Notes under the pieces: generated by a model
Databases searched by the model: none
Seen by the model: the letters and a program-made list of their open reading frames with translations, nothing else
Told to the model about the DNA's origin: nothing
Position numbers and translations under genes: made by a program
In this document: positions 16,001 through 26,167 of the stretch, piece by piece
Layout of the letters: every line of letters starts with the position of its first letter
Position numbering within the stretch: the stretch's first letter is position 1
Source of the DNA: Candidatus Micrarchaeota archaeon
GTDB lineage: Archaea; Micrarchaeota; Micrarchaeia; Norongarragalinales; Norongarragalinaceae
DNA length: 64,000 nucleotides
NCBI GenBank assembly: GCA_016207165.1
Contig: JACQQD010000001.1
Location: 64,001-128,000, forward strand
Direction: 5' to 3'

Positions 16001-17308
16001 TTAAATCTTGATTTGTTCGCCGACGCTTGGAACGTGGATGGAGGCGTTCTTGTGCACGCGCTGGGCGGCTTGGGCGAGTTCTTCGGCTTTTTCTTTTTCG
16101 CCGTGGACGATGAAGACGTCCTTGACGCCCTGGGTTTGGCGGATGAATTGCAAAAGTTCCTGGTGGTCTGAATGCCCGGAGAACTTGGTTTCCGTGATTT
16201 CCATGTGGATGGGCACGACGTGGTCGTCCAGCGTCAACTCGCGGGCGCCGTCGACGAGTTCCCGGCCGCGGGTCCCCTTGGCTTGGTAGCCGACGATCAA
16301 CAGCGTGTTTTCGGGGTGGGGAGCCAAATGCTTTAAGTAGTGCAGGACGGGCCCGCCGTTGAGCATGCCGGAGGTCGCCAGGATGATGGCTTTTTCTTCG
16401 CTCAAGACGTCGCTTCGGTCCTTGGTTTGGGGGATTTTGTAGTGCTCGCTTTTGAAGGGGTCGTCGTCTGAAGTCAGGATGCGGTGCTGGACTTCCCTCT
16501 TCAAATACAAGGCGTTGTGGCGGTAGATGCGCAGGACCTTGTTGACCATGCCATCCAAGTAGATGGGCACGGTTTCCAAAAGCCCTGAACGCATGTAGTT
16601 TTCCAGGGTGAACAAGAGTTCTTGTCCGCGGCCGATGGCAAACGTGGGAATCAATACTTTGCCGTTTCGGTCCAACGTTTTTTGGATGGTTTTCATCAGT
16701 TGCGCCGTGCTGGCCTTCAGCGAGAGGTGCTTGTCGGTTTTGGCGCCGTACGTGCTTTCGATGATGAGGGCGTCGGCGGGGATGCCGGTTTGCGCGCCGT
16801 CCAACAGCCTGGTTTCGCGGAGGTTGATGTCTCCGGTGTACAACAGCGTCTTTTTTCCGGGCAGTTCCAGGCGCGTCATGGCGGCGCCCAGGATGTGTCC
16901 GGCGGGGTAAAGCGTCATGCCGTTGGAGACTTCGTTAAACTCGGTAATCCGCGTGTTTTTCAAGAGTTCCAGGACGTCTTTTTGTTCGTAGGGTGACGCG
17001 CCTTGGTTGATGCGGAGGTAATCCGCTAATAACACTTGGATGAGGTCGCGGGTGGGCTTGGTCATCACGGCTTTGGCGCGGGTTTTCTGGCGGTAGAGGT
17101 AGGGCAAAAAACCGCAGTGGTCCAAGTGGGCGTGGGATAAGACGATGGTGTCCAGGCGCTGGATGTCCCGGGCATCTAAGACGGGGTATTCTTCTTCGTC
17201 TTCGGCTAGTTTCACGCCGCAGTCCAATAGGACTGGTTTTTTTTGTTCCAGCAAGAACGAGGAGCGGCCGACTTCGCCGGCGGCCCCCAGGAAGTGGATG
17301 GTCGTCAT
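16001..17308 (-). CDS. MBL-fold beta-CASP ribonuclease
   Basis: GAAGEVGRS, SHAHLDH, AGHILG, YTGD, ESTYG, SGMLNGG, FSGHSD, VHGE. Confidence 0.93.
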   Translation of the reverse strand: MTTIHFLGAAGEVGRSSFLLEQKKPVLLDCGVKLAEDEEEYPVLDARDIQRLDTIVLSHAHLDHCGFLPYLYRQKTRAKAVMTKPTRDLIQVLLADYLRINQGASPYEQKDVLELLKNTRITEFNEVSNGMTLYPAGHILGAAMTRLELPGKKTLLYTGDINLRETRLLDGAQTGIPADALIIESTYGAKTDKHLSLKASTAQLMKTIQKTLDRNGKVLIPTFAIGRGQELLFTLENYMRSGLLETVPIYLDGMVNKVLRIYRHNALYLKREVQHRILTSDDDPFKSEHYKIPQTKDRSDVLSEEKAIILATSGMLNGGPVLHYLKHLAPHPENTLLIVGYQAKGTRGRELVDGARELTLDDHVVPIHMEITETKFSGHSDHQELLQFIRQTQGVKDVFIVHGEKEKAEELAQAAQRVHKNASIHVPSVGEQIKI

Positions 17309-17425
17309 TTTTTCACCGGGACGCCGAACTGCGAGCCAAATCGCGTTTCGGCGCTGTTGAATGGCTTTGGGCGTGGGGAGCTTTTAAACTCCCTGTTTAA
17401 GTGTTTTGGCGGCCAATGTTTTTTC

Positions 17426-17953
17426 ATGTTGGAGGCGGAGTTGGAGGCGCGGTACCTGCAAAAAATCGTGGAACGCTACAAGGACTACGTCAATCTCAAC
17501 GAACAGAAAAGCATTCCTGACCTCAAGGCGCTGGCGTCTCCCAAGCAGGCTGACGCCGTGCGCCTCGCGGAAAAACTGGGAACCGTGGAGGCGGCCTTTG
17601 ATTTTGTTTCCGCGTTGGACACCGTGCACATGGGTTTGCCGGTGTCGTTTTGGCTGGATTTAAGCGACGTGGTTCAATTGGGGGCGGGCGATGCGTTGGA
17701 CAAGGCGCGGCTGCTTTGCGGCGTGTTGGGGGCGCTGGGGAAAACGTCTTGGATTCGGGTGGTGCGCTTGAGTCAAGGAGGCCAGCACGCCTTGGTGTGG
17801 CTGGACGAGAAACCCGTGCGGGTTTTTGACGCCGTTCACGGGAAAACGTGGACCGGGGACTCCGTTGAAGACGCGTTGGAGCGCTATCCCGTTCCGCACG
17901 CCATCGGAAAGAGCTTGTACGAATTCAACGCGGACGCGTACCGAGAGCTCTAG
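17426..17953 (+). CDS. transglutaminase-like protein, catalytic Cys apparently lost
   Basis: GAGDALDKARLL in place of GDCDD; HALV; FDA. Confidence 0.6.
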   Translation: MLEAELEARYLQKIVERYKDYVNLNEQKSIPDLKALASPKQADAVRLAEKLGTVEAAFDFVSALDTVHMGLPVSFWLDLSDVVQLGAGDALDKARLLCGVLGALGKTSWIRVVRLSQGGQHALVWLDEKPVRVFDAVHGKTWTGDSVEDALERYPVPHAIGKSLYEFNADAYREL

Positions 17954-18201
17954 ATTTTGGAGAGTTTTTGCAGGAACTTTTTGTGCGCCAGCTTGGTGCG
18001 GGCAATGTGTTGTTTGAGGGATTCTTTTCCGGCTAAAATGCGTTCGTGGATGTTGATTTGCTCCTGGATGTGGTCGTTCCAAAGATCCAGAAAGACGTGG
18101 AAGCGTTTTTCGGCGTGCTTGTCTTTTTTGGGCAGGGGTTTGGGTTTATGGCCGGATGCCTTTTTTTTCGCCGCCTTCTTACGGGTTTTTTTCGTTGCCA
18201 T
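17950..18201 (-). CDS. small Lys-rich hypothetical protein
   Basis: 83-aa ATG ORF with TATA upstream. Confidence 0.65.
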   Translation of the reverse strand: MATKKTRKKAAKKKASGHKPKPLPKKDKHAEKRFHVFLDLWNDHIQEQINIHERILAGKESLKQHIARTKLAHKKFLQKLSKI

Positions 18202-18311
18202 GGCATCGCTTACGGAATCTGGGTTTTTAACCTTTCCCCCGATAGGGTTTTAAATCGGGAAGGGTACGTCTTTGTTTCCTGTTTCTGCGTTTTTTTGGGT
18301 GACGAGTTTTC

Positions 18312-18506
18312 ATGGCTAGGAAAGTCAAGTTCGAGGAATTGACCAAGTACGAGAAAGCCCGCATCATGGGGGCGCGCGCCTTGCAGTTGTCCATGGACGC
18401 GCCGCCGCTCATGGACGTGCCGGTGGGCATCATCGACGCCGTGCGCTTGGCGCGCGCGGAGTTCGAAAAGAAGCTGATTCCCCTCCAAGTGCTCCGCGAC
18501 GAGTAG
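18312..18506 (+). CDS. rpoK: RNA polymerase subunit Rpo6/K
   Basis: LTKYEKARIMGARALQLSMDAP. Confidence 0.95.
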   Translation: MARKVKFEELTKYEKARIMGARALQLSMDAPPLMDVPVGIIDAVRLARAEFEKKLIPLQVLRDE

Positions 18507-18551
18507 TTGCCGCAATCAATCAAAACCCCTATAAGCCGCTTTTCCCTCTAG

Positions 18552-19094
18552 ATGCGTACGGGGGTGGCGGGCTTGGTCGCGTCGCAGAAAGTGGCCAAAT
18601 ACTTCTCTGATCGCCTATCCAATGCTCCCTCGCTGTCCAACGTGTTCTCGCTGGTCAAAGACGTGGTCCACCGGGTGCATGGCCGGCGGCGGTCCGGCTT
18701 GATGCTGGGCTTGGGGGAGTTGGGATACGCGGACCAGGGTTTTGTCGGCGCGTATTATCCCGTGGACTCCAACTTGATTGTCGTCAACCAGTCGGTGCTT
18801 GACGTCATCCGGGAAAAGCATCCTCGGCTGTACAACGCGTATTTGTTTCACGTGCTTTTGCATGAGTACGTGCATTCCTTGGGGGTGCACGACGAGGCGC
18901 AGTGCCGAAAGACGGTGGCCGAGATTTGCGCGCAGGGCTTCGGCAAGAAGCATGCCGTGACGCGGTTGGCCGTTGACCCCTCGTTTTTGGCGCCGATTTT
19001 GTACGCCGAGCCCACCACGGCGGAATTCAACATGCAGGCGCCAGTGAATTTGGTCAAGGGTTTTGACGAGGACGCGGCGCGGTACTACTCGTGA
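18552..19094 (+). CDS. zincin-like metallopeptidase
   Basis: LLHEYVHSLGVHDE (HExxH). Confidence 0.75.
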   Translation: MRTGVAGLVASQKVAKYFSDRLSNAPSLSNVFSLVKDVVHRVHGRRRSGLMLGLGELGYADQGFVGAYYPVDSNLIVVNQSVLDVIREKHPRLYNAYLFHVLLHEYVHSLGVHDEAQCRKTVAEICAQGFGKKHAVTRLAVDPSFLAPILYAEPTTAEFNMQAPVNLVKGFDEDAARYYS

Positions 19095-19844
19095 CTATTC
19101 TTTTTGGCTGAACAGCCACGCGGCAAGCCAAAGCATGAGTGCGTTGAACGCCGTTTGAATGGCCAACGCCAGTCCGGGGTCCATGCTGCTTTGGCCCAAC
19201 GCGATGAAGCGCATGAGTTCCACGCCGTACGTCATGGGGTTAAGCGAAGTGGCGGTTTGCAGCCATGGGGGCAACTGGTCCAACGGGTAAAGCGCTCCGG
19301 ACAAAAAGAACATCGGCATCATGATGAAGTTGACGATGAGTTGGAATCCTTGGAAGTCGGTGAGCTTGGCGGCAATGGCCAGTCCCATGGCCGTGAATCC
19401 GAATGCAATCCAGGTCATGGCTAACACCATCAAAACGATTTGGACGGGGTCCAGTTGCACGCCGACCAACAGCGTCAGTACCAAAAGAATGGCGGCTTGA
19501 AACATGGCGGTGGTGGCTCCGCCCAGCGTTCGGCCGATGACCATGCTCGCGCGCGAGACGGGTGCGACCAGGATTTCCTTGAGGAAGCCGAATTGCCGGT
19601 CGTAGACGACGTTGATGCCGGAGAACATGCCTCCAAACAGGAGCACCATGCCGATGACGCCGGGGGCCAAAAACTGGAAGTACGAGAGGCCGCCGCCCAC
19701 GTTCAGGAGCCGGTCAAATCCGGAGCCCAACACCAGCAAAAACAAGAGGGGCGTGCCCAAGCCGCCGATGATGCGGGACTTGTTGCGGACAAAGCGAAGG
19801 ATTTCGCGTTGCCACAAGGTGAGGATGGCTTCGGTTTGGATCAT
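19095..19844 (-). CDS. ABC-2 type permease (DrrB-like)
   Basis: About six TM segments; DRQFGFLKEILVAPVSR; NPMTY. Confidence 0.92.
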   Translation of the reverse strand: MIQTEAILTLWQREILRFVRNKSRIIGGLGTPLLFLLVLGSGFDRLLNVGGGLSYFQFLAPGVIGMVLLFGGMFSGINVVYDRQFGFLKEILVAPVSRASMVIGRTLGGATTAMFQAAILLVLTLLVGVQLDPVQIVLMVLAMTWIAFGFTAMGLAIAAKLTDFQGFQLIVNFIMMPMFFLSGALYPLDQLPPWLQTATSLNPMTYGVELMRFIALGQSSMDPGLALAIQTAFNALMLWLAAWLFSQKE

Positions 19845-20818
19845 TTGCGTCGCCCCGTCATGGCTCGATTGTAGGCTTTGAACCGGTCGCTGGTGCCGGC
19901 TTTTTCGTCGCGGATGCTGTGCCCAGTCAACTCGACGAAGATGTCTTCCAACGTGGGTTTTTTCACGTCGATTTCCGTCAACGCGAGTTTTCTTTTTTCG
20001 GCAATGGACAGCACGCGTTTAAGCGAGCGTTGGGGTTGGCTGGTTTCAATCAAGATCTTTCCGTTCTGGCGCACGGGGTTCATGGCTGAGAGGGCCTGGT
20101 ACAATTCGTCGATTTTTCCGCTGGCCACGTGCAGGGTGGCGTCGCGTTCCTTCAACTTTTTAGGCGTGTCCAGGGCCACGATTTTTCCCTGGTCCATGAT
20201 GGCGATGCGGTCGCAAAGAAAATCGGCTTCCTCCATGTAGTGGGTGGTGAGAATCACGGTGACGCCTTCGTCGCGGTTGAGTTTGCGGATGTACGTCCAG
20301 ATGTGCCGGCGCGTTTGGGGATCCAAGCCCAGGGTCGGCTCGTCCAAAAAAAGGACGTTGGGGTGGTGCATCAAGCCTCGAGCGATTTCCAGGCGGCGGA
20401 TCATGCCGCCCGAATACGTTTTCAACACGTCGTCTTGGCGGGGTTGCAGGCCCACGAGCTTCAATACTTCTTCAATGCGTTTCTTTCGCAGCTCCCAGGG
20501 CATGCCGTACAGGCGGCCGTGCATGTCGAGGTTTTCCCACGCCGTGAGTTCGTCGTCGATGGACTCGTCTTGAAAGACGATGCCGATGCTTTGGCGAACC
20601 AAGTCGGGTTGGGTTTGCACGTCAAATCCGTTGACTTTCGCCGTGCCGCCGGAAGGCGACAACAGCGTGACGAGCATGGAAATGGTCGTGGTTTTCCCGG
20701 CTCCGTTGGGGCCCAATAGCCCAAAGACTTCGCCTTTTTTCACGTGGATGTCCAGTGGATGGACCGCGGTCAACGCGCCAAAGGCCTTGGTCAATTGATG
20801 GGTTTCAATGGCGTGCAC
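19841..20818 (-). CDS. ABC transporter ATP-binding protein (DrrA-like)
   Basis: GPNGAGKT, YSGG, LDEPT, TTHYMEEA. Confidence 0.95.
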   Translation of the reverse strand: MHAIETHQLTKAFGALTAVHPLDIHVKKGEVFGLLGPNGAGKTTTISMLVTLLSPSGGTAKVNGFDVQTQPDLVRQSIGIVFQDESIDDELTAWENLDMHGRLYGMPWELRKKRIEEVLKLVGLQPRQDDVLKTYSGGMIRRLEIARGLMHHPNVLFLDEPTLGLDPQTRRHIWTYIRKLNRDEGVTVILTTHYMEEADFLCDRIAIMDQGKIVALDTPKKLKERDATLHVASGKIDELYQALSAMNPVRQNGKILIETSQPQRSLKRVLSIAEKRKLALTEIDVKKPTLEDIFVELTGHSIRDEKAGTSDRFKAYNRAMTGRRK

Positions 20819-20819
20819 G

Positions 20820-22049
20820 TCACTCGTACCTCAACGCGTCGACGGGGTTCAGCGTGGCGGCGGCGCGGGCCGGCATGAGGCCGGACAATCCGCCGACGAC
20901 GAAGGAAAACGCCAAGGCGCCGGCGACCAGTTCCAAACCCAGGCTGGCGTGGAAGTTGGAAAAGGCGGCTTGTTGAATGGCGACTTCCGCGATTTTGCTG
21001 AGTCCCGCGCCCAAAATCACGCCGGCGACGCCGCCGACCAATCCCAACATGCCGGACTCCATGAGAAACAGCGTGGCGATGTCCGCGTTTTTGGCGCCCA
21101 CGGCTTTGAGGATGCCGATTTCCTTGGTGCGCTCCAAAATCGCGGTGTACATGGTGTTCATGATGCCGATGCCGCCGACCACCAATGAAATGGCGGCGAT
21201 GCCAACCAGCACGAAGGTGACGACGCCAAAAACGGTGTTGAATTGCTCGGTGAGTTGTTCGGGCGTGGACACCGAAAAGGTTTCCTCGCCAACGTCTTGG
21301 TTTTTCAGTTTGCGCAGTTTGTCTTCGATGCGCAGGGCGACGTCGTTGATGGCGGTGCCGTCCTGCACGCGCACCAAAATCATGGACAATAGCTCGGGTT
21401 CGTCGAATTGCTCTCGCATGGCGTCCAGCGGCAAGTAAATGGAGTTGTCGTCGATGTCGTTGCCCAGCGTGTCGTATACGCCGACGACCTGCATGGCGGT
21501 GCCGTCCACTTCCAGGGTGTCGCCCAAGTTTACAAGTCGCGCAAACGCGCCGTCGTGGACGCGAAAGCCGATGACGACTTTGTTCTTGTCGCCGTCGCGC
21601 AGATGCCTTCCTTCTAAGAGGTTGCCGAACTGGGTTTCCTCGAATACGTCTTGCGAGCCGTCGGTGGGCACGCCAATGGCAAACGCGGAGAGCGTCTCGC
21701 GTTTGAACGACGTGCCGACGCTCTTGTAGAGGATGCCTCCGGCCACGTCAACGCCTCGGATGCGTTCAATGGCTTTCCGATCCGTTTCGCTGATGGGCTT
21801 TGCGGTGGTCGCGGATACAAACGGCGTCGCGGCCAAGCCATTGTAGCCCAAGACGGTAATCTTGTCTGCTCCCAGTTTGTTGAACTCGCCTTGGATGGTG
21901 TCTTGGAGTCCTTGGCCCAAGGCCAAAAGCGCCACGACGGTGGCGATGCCGATGAAGATGCCGACGATGGTCAGAAAGCTCCGGAGCCGCCGGTGCGTGA
22001 GGCTCTGGAATGCCAACGCCAAGAAATCGGCTATTTTTTCTTGACCCAC
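20820..22049 (-). CDS. MacB/FtsX-family ABC permease
   Basis: RSFLTIVGIFIGI, GIMNTM..ERTKEIGILKAVGA, NPVDALRYE. Confidence 0.93.
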   Translation of the reverse strand: MGQEKIADFLALAFQSLTHRRLRSFLTIVGIFIGIATVVALLALGQGLQDTIQGEFNKLGADKITVLGYNGLAATPFVSATTAKPISETDRKAIERIRGVDVAGGILYKSVGTSFKRETLSAFAIGVPTDGSQDVFEETQFGNLLEGRHLRDGDKNKVVIGFRVHDGAFARLVNLGDTLEVDGTAMQVVGVYDTLGNDIDDNSIYLPLDAMREQFDEPELLSMILVRVQDGTAINDVALRIEDKLRKLKNQDVGEETFSVSTPEQLTEQFNTVFGVVTFVLVGIAAISLVVGGIGIMNTMYTAILERTKEIGILKAVGAKNADIATLFLMESGMLGLVGGVAGVILGAGLSKIAEVAIQQAAFSNFHASLGLELVAGALAFSFVVGGLSGLMPARAAATLNPVDALRYE

Positions 22050-23218
22050 TTGCGGTACCCCCAGCGTCCCACGAAGAACAAGACGACCAACGCCACCAGT
22101 CCCGTCAGCCAGTCGACTCCGCCTTGCGGCTCCAGTTTGAAGCGCTGGATTTGCTCGTCGGTGTACGTCGGCACGGTGACTTGGATTTTTTCCGTGTAGG
22201 CGTGGTTGTTGGCGTCGCGGTACGTCAGCGTCAAATCCAGGGTGGGACTGGCCTCTCGGACGTACAGGGCATACTCCGCGGTTTCGTAGTCGTCCGACGC
22301 AATGCTGCCGATGTACTGGCTTTTTTGCGTCGTGGTCTCAAAACCATCGCTTTCCGCCAGTTCCAAGTTCAAGAACTGCACGTCTTCCAGGCCGCGGTTG
22401 ACGATGCGGAGCGTCACGGAACCCAGGGTGCCGGGGCGTCGAATGGTGGATTCGGAGAGTTCCACGTCCAGTTTCGGCGACGCGCCCACTTGAATGCCGA
22501 TTTCGCCTTTCTGCGTGTACTTCGTCCCGCCGGTGTCCTCAAACGTGAGGGTGACCGGCACGCGGAGGGGCTTGCTTTCCGCATCCGGGGATACCACCAA
22601 GCCAAACGAAACTGTTTCTTCGGATTGGCCCACCACCAGTCCCACGATCTTCTCGGAACTGCTTTGAACCGGCACGAGCTTGTCGGAGACGTTGAGCGCC
22701 ACGCGGACGTTCTTGAAGTCGGTGCCGCCCAGGTTTTTGAGCACCAGTTCGACGTCCACGCGTTGTCCGGGCTCGACTTTTTCCGGGTTCGTCTTGACGC
22801 GGTCGATGGCGAGGTTGCCGCTTTGCGGCTGGACGTAAATGGAGAAGTTCGAGGCAATGAACGTCGACGTCGCGGTTTGGCAGCCGAAGGTAATCGTGTT
22901 GTTGCCCAGCACCGCGTCGGAGGCCACGCGCAGCGTGTACTTGTTGACCCAACTCTGTCGGCCGGTCAACAGCGGCAGGCTGCGCTCGGCGCTCTGCCCG
23001 GGTTCCAGGGAAAACGGAGACGACGGATCCAGCCGGCACGTCACGTCGCGCTGCGTTTCGCTGGCGTACACGTCCATCCATAACTCGACGTGGCGGCCGG
23101 GCTCCGCGGGATACGGCACGTGCCGCAAGGCATTCAAGGTCAACCCGCCCGACAACGCGGTGGCCGCCGCGGCCCAAAGCGGCGATAACACCAGCAGCAT
23201 CAAAAACACTTTCTTCAT
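22031..23218 (-). CDS. COG1361-type S-layer/Ig-like domain protein
   Basis: Signal peptide, PYPAEPG and PEKVEPG repeats, C-terminal TM; usual partner of this ABC locus. Confidence 0.8.
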   Translation of the reverse strand: MKKVFLMLLVLSPLWAAAATALSGGLTLNALRHVPYPAEPGRHVELWMDVYASETQRDVTCRLDPSSPFSLEPGQSAERSLPLLTGRQSWVNKYTLRVASDAVLGNNTITFGCQTATSTFIASNFSIYVQPQSGNLAIDRVKTNPEKVEPGQRVDVELVLKNLGGTDFKNVRVALNVSDKLVPVQSSSEKIVGLVVGQSEETVSFGLVVSPDAESKPLRVPVTLTFEDTGGTKYTQKGEIGIQVGASPKLDVELSESTIRRPGTLGSVTLRIVNRGLEDVQFLNLELAESDGFETTTQKSQYIGSIASDDYETAEYALYVREASPTLDLTLTYRDANNHAYTEKIQVTVPTYTDEQIQRFKLEPQGGVDWLTGLVALVVLFFVGRWGYRKWVKKK

Positions 23219-23901
23219 GGTTTTCCCTCCAGTTTTCCGTCCTTGATTTGGATGATTCTCCGCGTCCTTTTCGCAATGCTTGCGTCGTGGGTGACGAACA
23301 CGACGGTGCGGCCCTGGTCATTGAGTTCGACGAAGAGTTCCAAGATTTCCCCGCCGGTTTTGGAGTCCAAGTTCCCGGTGGGCTCGTCGGCCAGCACGAT
23401 GGCGGGGTCGTTGACAAGGGCCCGGGCGATGGCTACGCGTTGCTGCTCGCCTCCCGAAAGTTCGCCGGGCCGGTGGTTTTTTCTGTGTCCCAAACCCACG
23501 CGTTCAAGCAATGCGTTCACGCGTTCTTGACGCTTTTTTTTCTCCACGCCTTGGAACACCAATGGGATTTCCACGTTTTCGGCGGCGGAAAGCGAGGACA
23601 CGAGGTTGAATTTCTGGAACACGAACCCGATTTTACGGCCTCGGAGGTCCGCCAATTCGTCGGAATCCATTTCGCTGGTGTCGTGGCCGTCCACGACCAC
23701 GCGGCCTTGGGAGGGCACGTCCAGCGCCCCGATGATGTGCATGAGCGTGCTTTTGCCGGAGCCTGAAGGCCCCATGATGGCGGACAGTTCGCCGTTTCGG
23801 ATGGATAAGTCAATGCCGCGCAGCACGGGTACGTCCAGGGTTCCCGTACGGTAGGACTTGTAAATGCCGTGCAATTCCAATGCGTTTACTTTTTTCCGCA
23901 T
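23215..23901 (-). CDS. LolD/MacB-type ABC ATPase
   Basis: [29 protein letters not shown]. Confidence 0.95.
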   Translation of the reverse strand: MRKKVNALELHGIYKSYRTGTLDVPVLRGIDLSIRNGELSAIMGPSGSGKSTLMHIIGALDVPSQGRVVVDGHDTSEMDSDELADLRGRKIGFVFQKFNLVSSLSAAENVEIPLVFQGVEKKKRQERVNALLERVGLGHRKNHRPGELSGGEQQRVAIARALVNDPAIVLADEPTGNLDSKTGGEILELFVELNDQGRTVVFVTHDASIAKRTRRIIQIKDGKLEGKP

Positions 23902-24347
23902 GCGTGCATCATTTTTCGCATCGCTTCTTTCCGTTTTTCGCCCGGCAGGGCCAGAACGCGTTCGTGAAACGCCATGATTTCCTTGAAGGCCTCGGTGGCC
24001 GCGGCCATTTCTTCTTCATCGAAACCGTACGCCACGCGCAAGACGATCGGGCGGACCACCCAGAAGCCCGTTCGGCTTTCCACCATTAATTCCGCCTTCC
24101 GTTGCGCCAGGGCGCGCCGGCCTTTTTGGGTGAGGTGATAGGCAATCGAGCGTCTCCCCTGCCCGATCAATTCGGCGCGGACCAGGCCCTCTTGTTGAAG
24201 CCGTGAAAACAAGGGGTAAATGCTTCCGAAACTCGGCTTCCAATGGCCTTGGGTGAAGTACGCCACGCGTTCGGCAAGCGTTTTGCCCGTCACGCCGCGC
24301 GCCGACTCGTGAAGGGCCAGGGTCTCCAGGAGTCCGGGAATCCGCAT
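23886..24347 (-). CDS. PadR-family transcriptional regulator
   Basis: [21 protein letters not shown]...YHLTQKGR. Confidence 0.9.
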   Translation of the reverse strand: MRIPGLLETLALHESARGVTGKTLAERVAYFTQGHWKPSFGSIYPLFSRLQQEGLVRAELIGQGRRSIAYHLTQKGRRALAQRKAELMVESRTGFWVVRPIVLRVAYGFDEEEMAAATEAFKEIMAFHERVLALPGEKRKEAMRKMMHACGKK

Positions 24348-24357
24348 GCGCCTTTGT

Positions 24358-24387
24358 TATCGCCTCCGATATATATTGGCTTCGATA
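24358..24387. promoter_or_regulatory. tandem palindromic operators TATCG-N4-CGATA flanking the padR TATA
   Basis: TATCGcctcCGATA (24358-24371) and TATTGgcttCGATA (24374-24387). Confidence 0.6.
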
Positions 24388-24426
24388 CCAATGGGGTTAA
24401 AATGCCGTTTCCCCCCAGTTCAAGGC

Positions 24427-25455
24427 ATGGCGTTAAGCAACCTGGACTGTTTTTACCTGGTGCGCGAGTTGTCGGCGCTTTTTGGGCAGCCGCTGCAAAA
24501 GGCGTTTGCCGCTCCGCCGGTGTTCCGCTTCAAGTTCAAGTCAACCAATTTCGTCGTGCATGTGCCGGACGCCGCCTTTGCCACGGAGGCGCCGCCGGTG
24601 TTCGACGCGCATCCGGGCCCTTGGGCGATGCGGCTTCGCAAACTCGTCAAGGGCCGCTTGGTTCGGGTAGCGCAAGTGGGGTTTGACCGCATCCTGCGCC
24701 TGGATTTTCCGGGGTCGTCGGTGGTCTTTGAATTGTTTGCCGACGGCAACGTGTTGGTGCTGGACGAAAACGGCGTCATCGTCTTGCCGTTGCGTCGGGA
24801 AACCTATGCCGCGCGAACGCTTTCCGCCAAAACGGCGTACCAGGCGCCGCCCATGGACAAAATGCATCCGGCCGAATTCGATGCCGCGAAGCTTCCCGTC
24901 CAGGGGTCGCTGATTTCCGCGTTGTCCAAGTGCGTCAACCTTTCGCCTCTTTACTTGGAGGAGGCGATTCTTCGGGCGGGCCTCAACAAAGTGGTGCCCG
25001 TCACCCAACTTTTGTCGGGTGAAACGCAGGCGCTTGAGGCTTCGTTGTCGGCTTTGTTGGACCAACCCCTGGATGCCCGCGTCTACTTCAAAAACGGCGA
25101 GCCTTTTTTCGCGGCGCCCTTCGCACTCTGGGTTTACCGGGATTTGCCGTGCGAACCCGTTGCCTCGTTTTCCGCCGGCTTGCAGCGCGTCTTTTCGGCG
25201 GGCAAAACGGTGGACGTCCCGGCGGCTTTGGCGGAGAAGCGAAAACACGCGGTGGGAGTACAGCAACGGGAGGCCTTGGCGCGGTTTGGGGAACAAGCCG
25301 CCGAAGCCCGTCAAAAAGCGGAGTGGATTCTTAAAAACGCGACCCTGGTCGAGTGGCTGAAATCCGATGCATCGCTTTCAGAGAAAGACGTCGAAGCGGC
25401 GGTGCCGAACCTCCGGTTCACCCGGAAGAAAAACGAGTTTGAATTCGATTTTTAG
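24427..25455 (+). CDS. NFACT/Rqc2 N-terminal domain protein (no C-terminal NFACT-R seen)
   Basis: MALSNLD, MRLRK, Q.GFDRIL, ELFADGN, HhH. Confidence 0.85.
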   Translation: MALSNLDCFYLVRELSALFGQPLQKAFAAPPVFRFKFKSTNFVVHVPDAAFATEAPPVFDAHPGPWAMRLRKLVKGRLVRVAQVGFDRILRLDFPGSSVVFELFADGNVLVLDENGVIVLPLRRETYAARTLSAKTAYQAPPMDKMHPAEFDAAKLPVQGSLISALSKCVNLSPLYLEEAILRAGLNKVVPVTQLLSGETQALEASLSALLDQPLDARVYFKNGEPFFAAPFALWVYRDLPCEPVASFSAGLQRVFSAGKTVDVPAALAEKRKHAVGVQQREALARFGEQAAEARQKAEWILKNATLVEWLKSDASLSEKDVEAAVPNLRFTRKKNEFEFDF

Positions 25456-25739
25456 GTGCGGAAGCCTTGGGGTTCAGGTTCGCCGGAGATCCCGCGGCGG
25501 TCCACGACCATGACGTCCTTGACGTCCAGCACCGAGCTGTACGGCACCGAGACGAGTCCGTCGGCGTCATGCTGGGCCCGCGCCGCGAAGCTGGAGTCGG
25601 GGTTCGGTTCGATGCTCACGCTTTCCAGTTTCCCGGTGACTTCGTCAAGGTACAAGTCGATGACGCGACCGAGTTCCTCGCCGTCCGTGGTAATCACGCG
25701 TTTACCGGCCAACTGCTTGGCAATGGCGTATTTGACCAT
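25452..25739 (-). CDS. PRC-barrel protein (CdpB-like)
   Basis: LAGKRVITTDGEELGRVIDL..D..TGKL; VPYSSV..VKDVMVV. Confidence 0.85.
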   Translation of the reverse strand: MVKYAIAKQLAGKRVITTDGEELGRVIDLYLDEVTGKLESVSIEPNPDSSFAARAQHDADGLVSVPYSSVLDVKDVMVVDRRGISGEPEPQGFRT

Positions 25740-25853
25740 AAGAAACACCTTCGAGGATAACCTTTCACGGATGCTCTTTAAATAGGTTCTCTTGCCTCAC
25801 CTGCGCACTTTTAAACGTGTGCACCGTAACGGGGTTGGGTTAGGTGATGCGTT

Positions 25854-26129
25854 TTGGGCGTAAAAGATGAAGTCGTGGGCATGCTTTCCATGCTCAAAAA
25901 ACAGGGCTTAAACCCGGTGGACGCCGTTTTTGAAGGAGCCATTGGCGTCAAAGAGGACACGGAACTTTCGTACTTGGACAAGTTGGACGAAAAGCAACTG
26001 GTCTCCGGAGTCATCCGCGTCATTTACACGAATTCCGAGAACCACATCCGTTTTGTAGAGATACCGGTGGGCCAAGGCGGGGAACAACAACTCGAACAGC
26101 AAGCTGGCGGCGGATCCGGCGGGTCCTAG
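25854..26129 (+). CDS. hypothetical protein
   Basis: TTG start with AGGTGA RBS. Confidence 0.6.
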   Translation: MGVKDEVVGMLSMLKKQGLNPVDAVFEGAIGVKEDTELSYLDKLDEKQLVSGVIRVIYTNSENHIRFVEIPVGQGGEQQLEQQAGGGSGGS

Positions 26130-26167
26130 CCTCTTTTTTATACGGCTTGCGCCACCGTTTTTACGCC

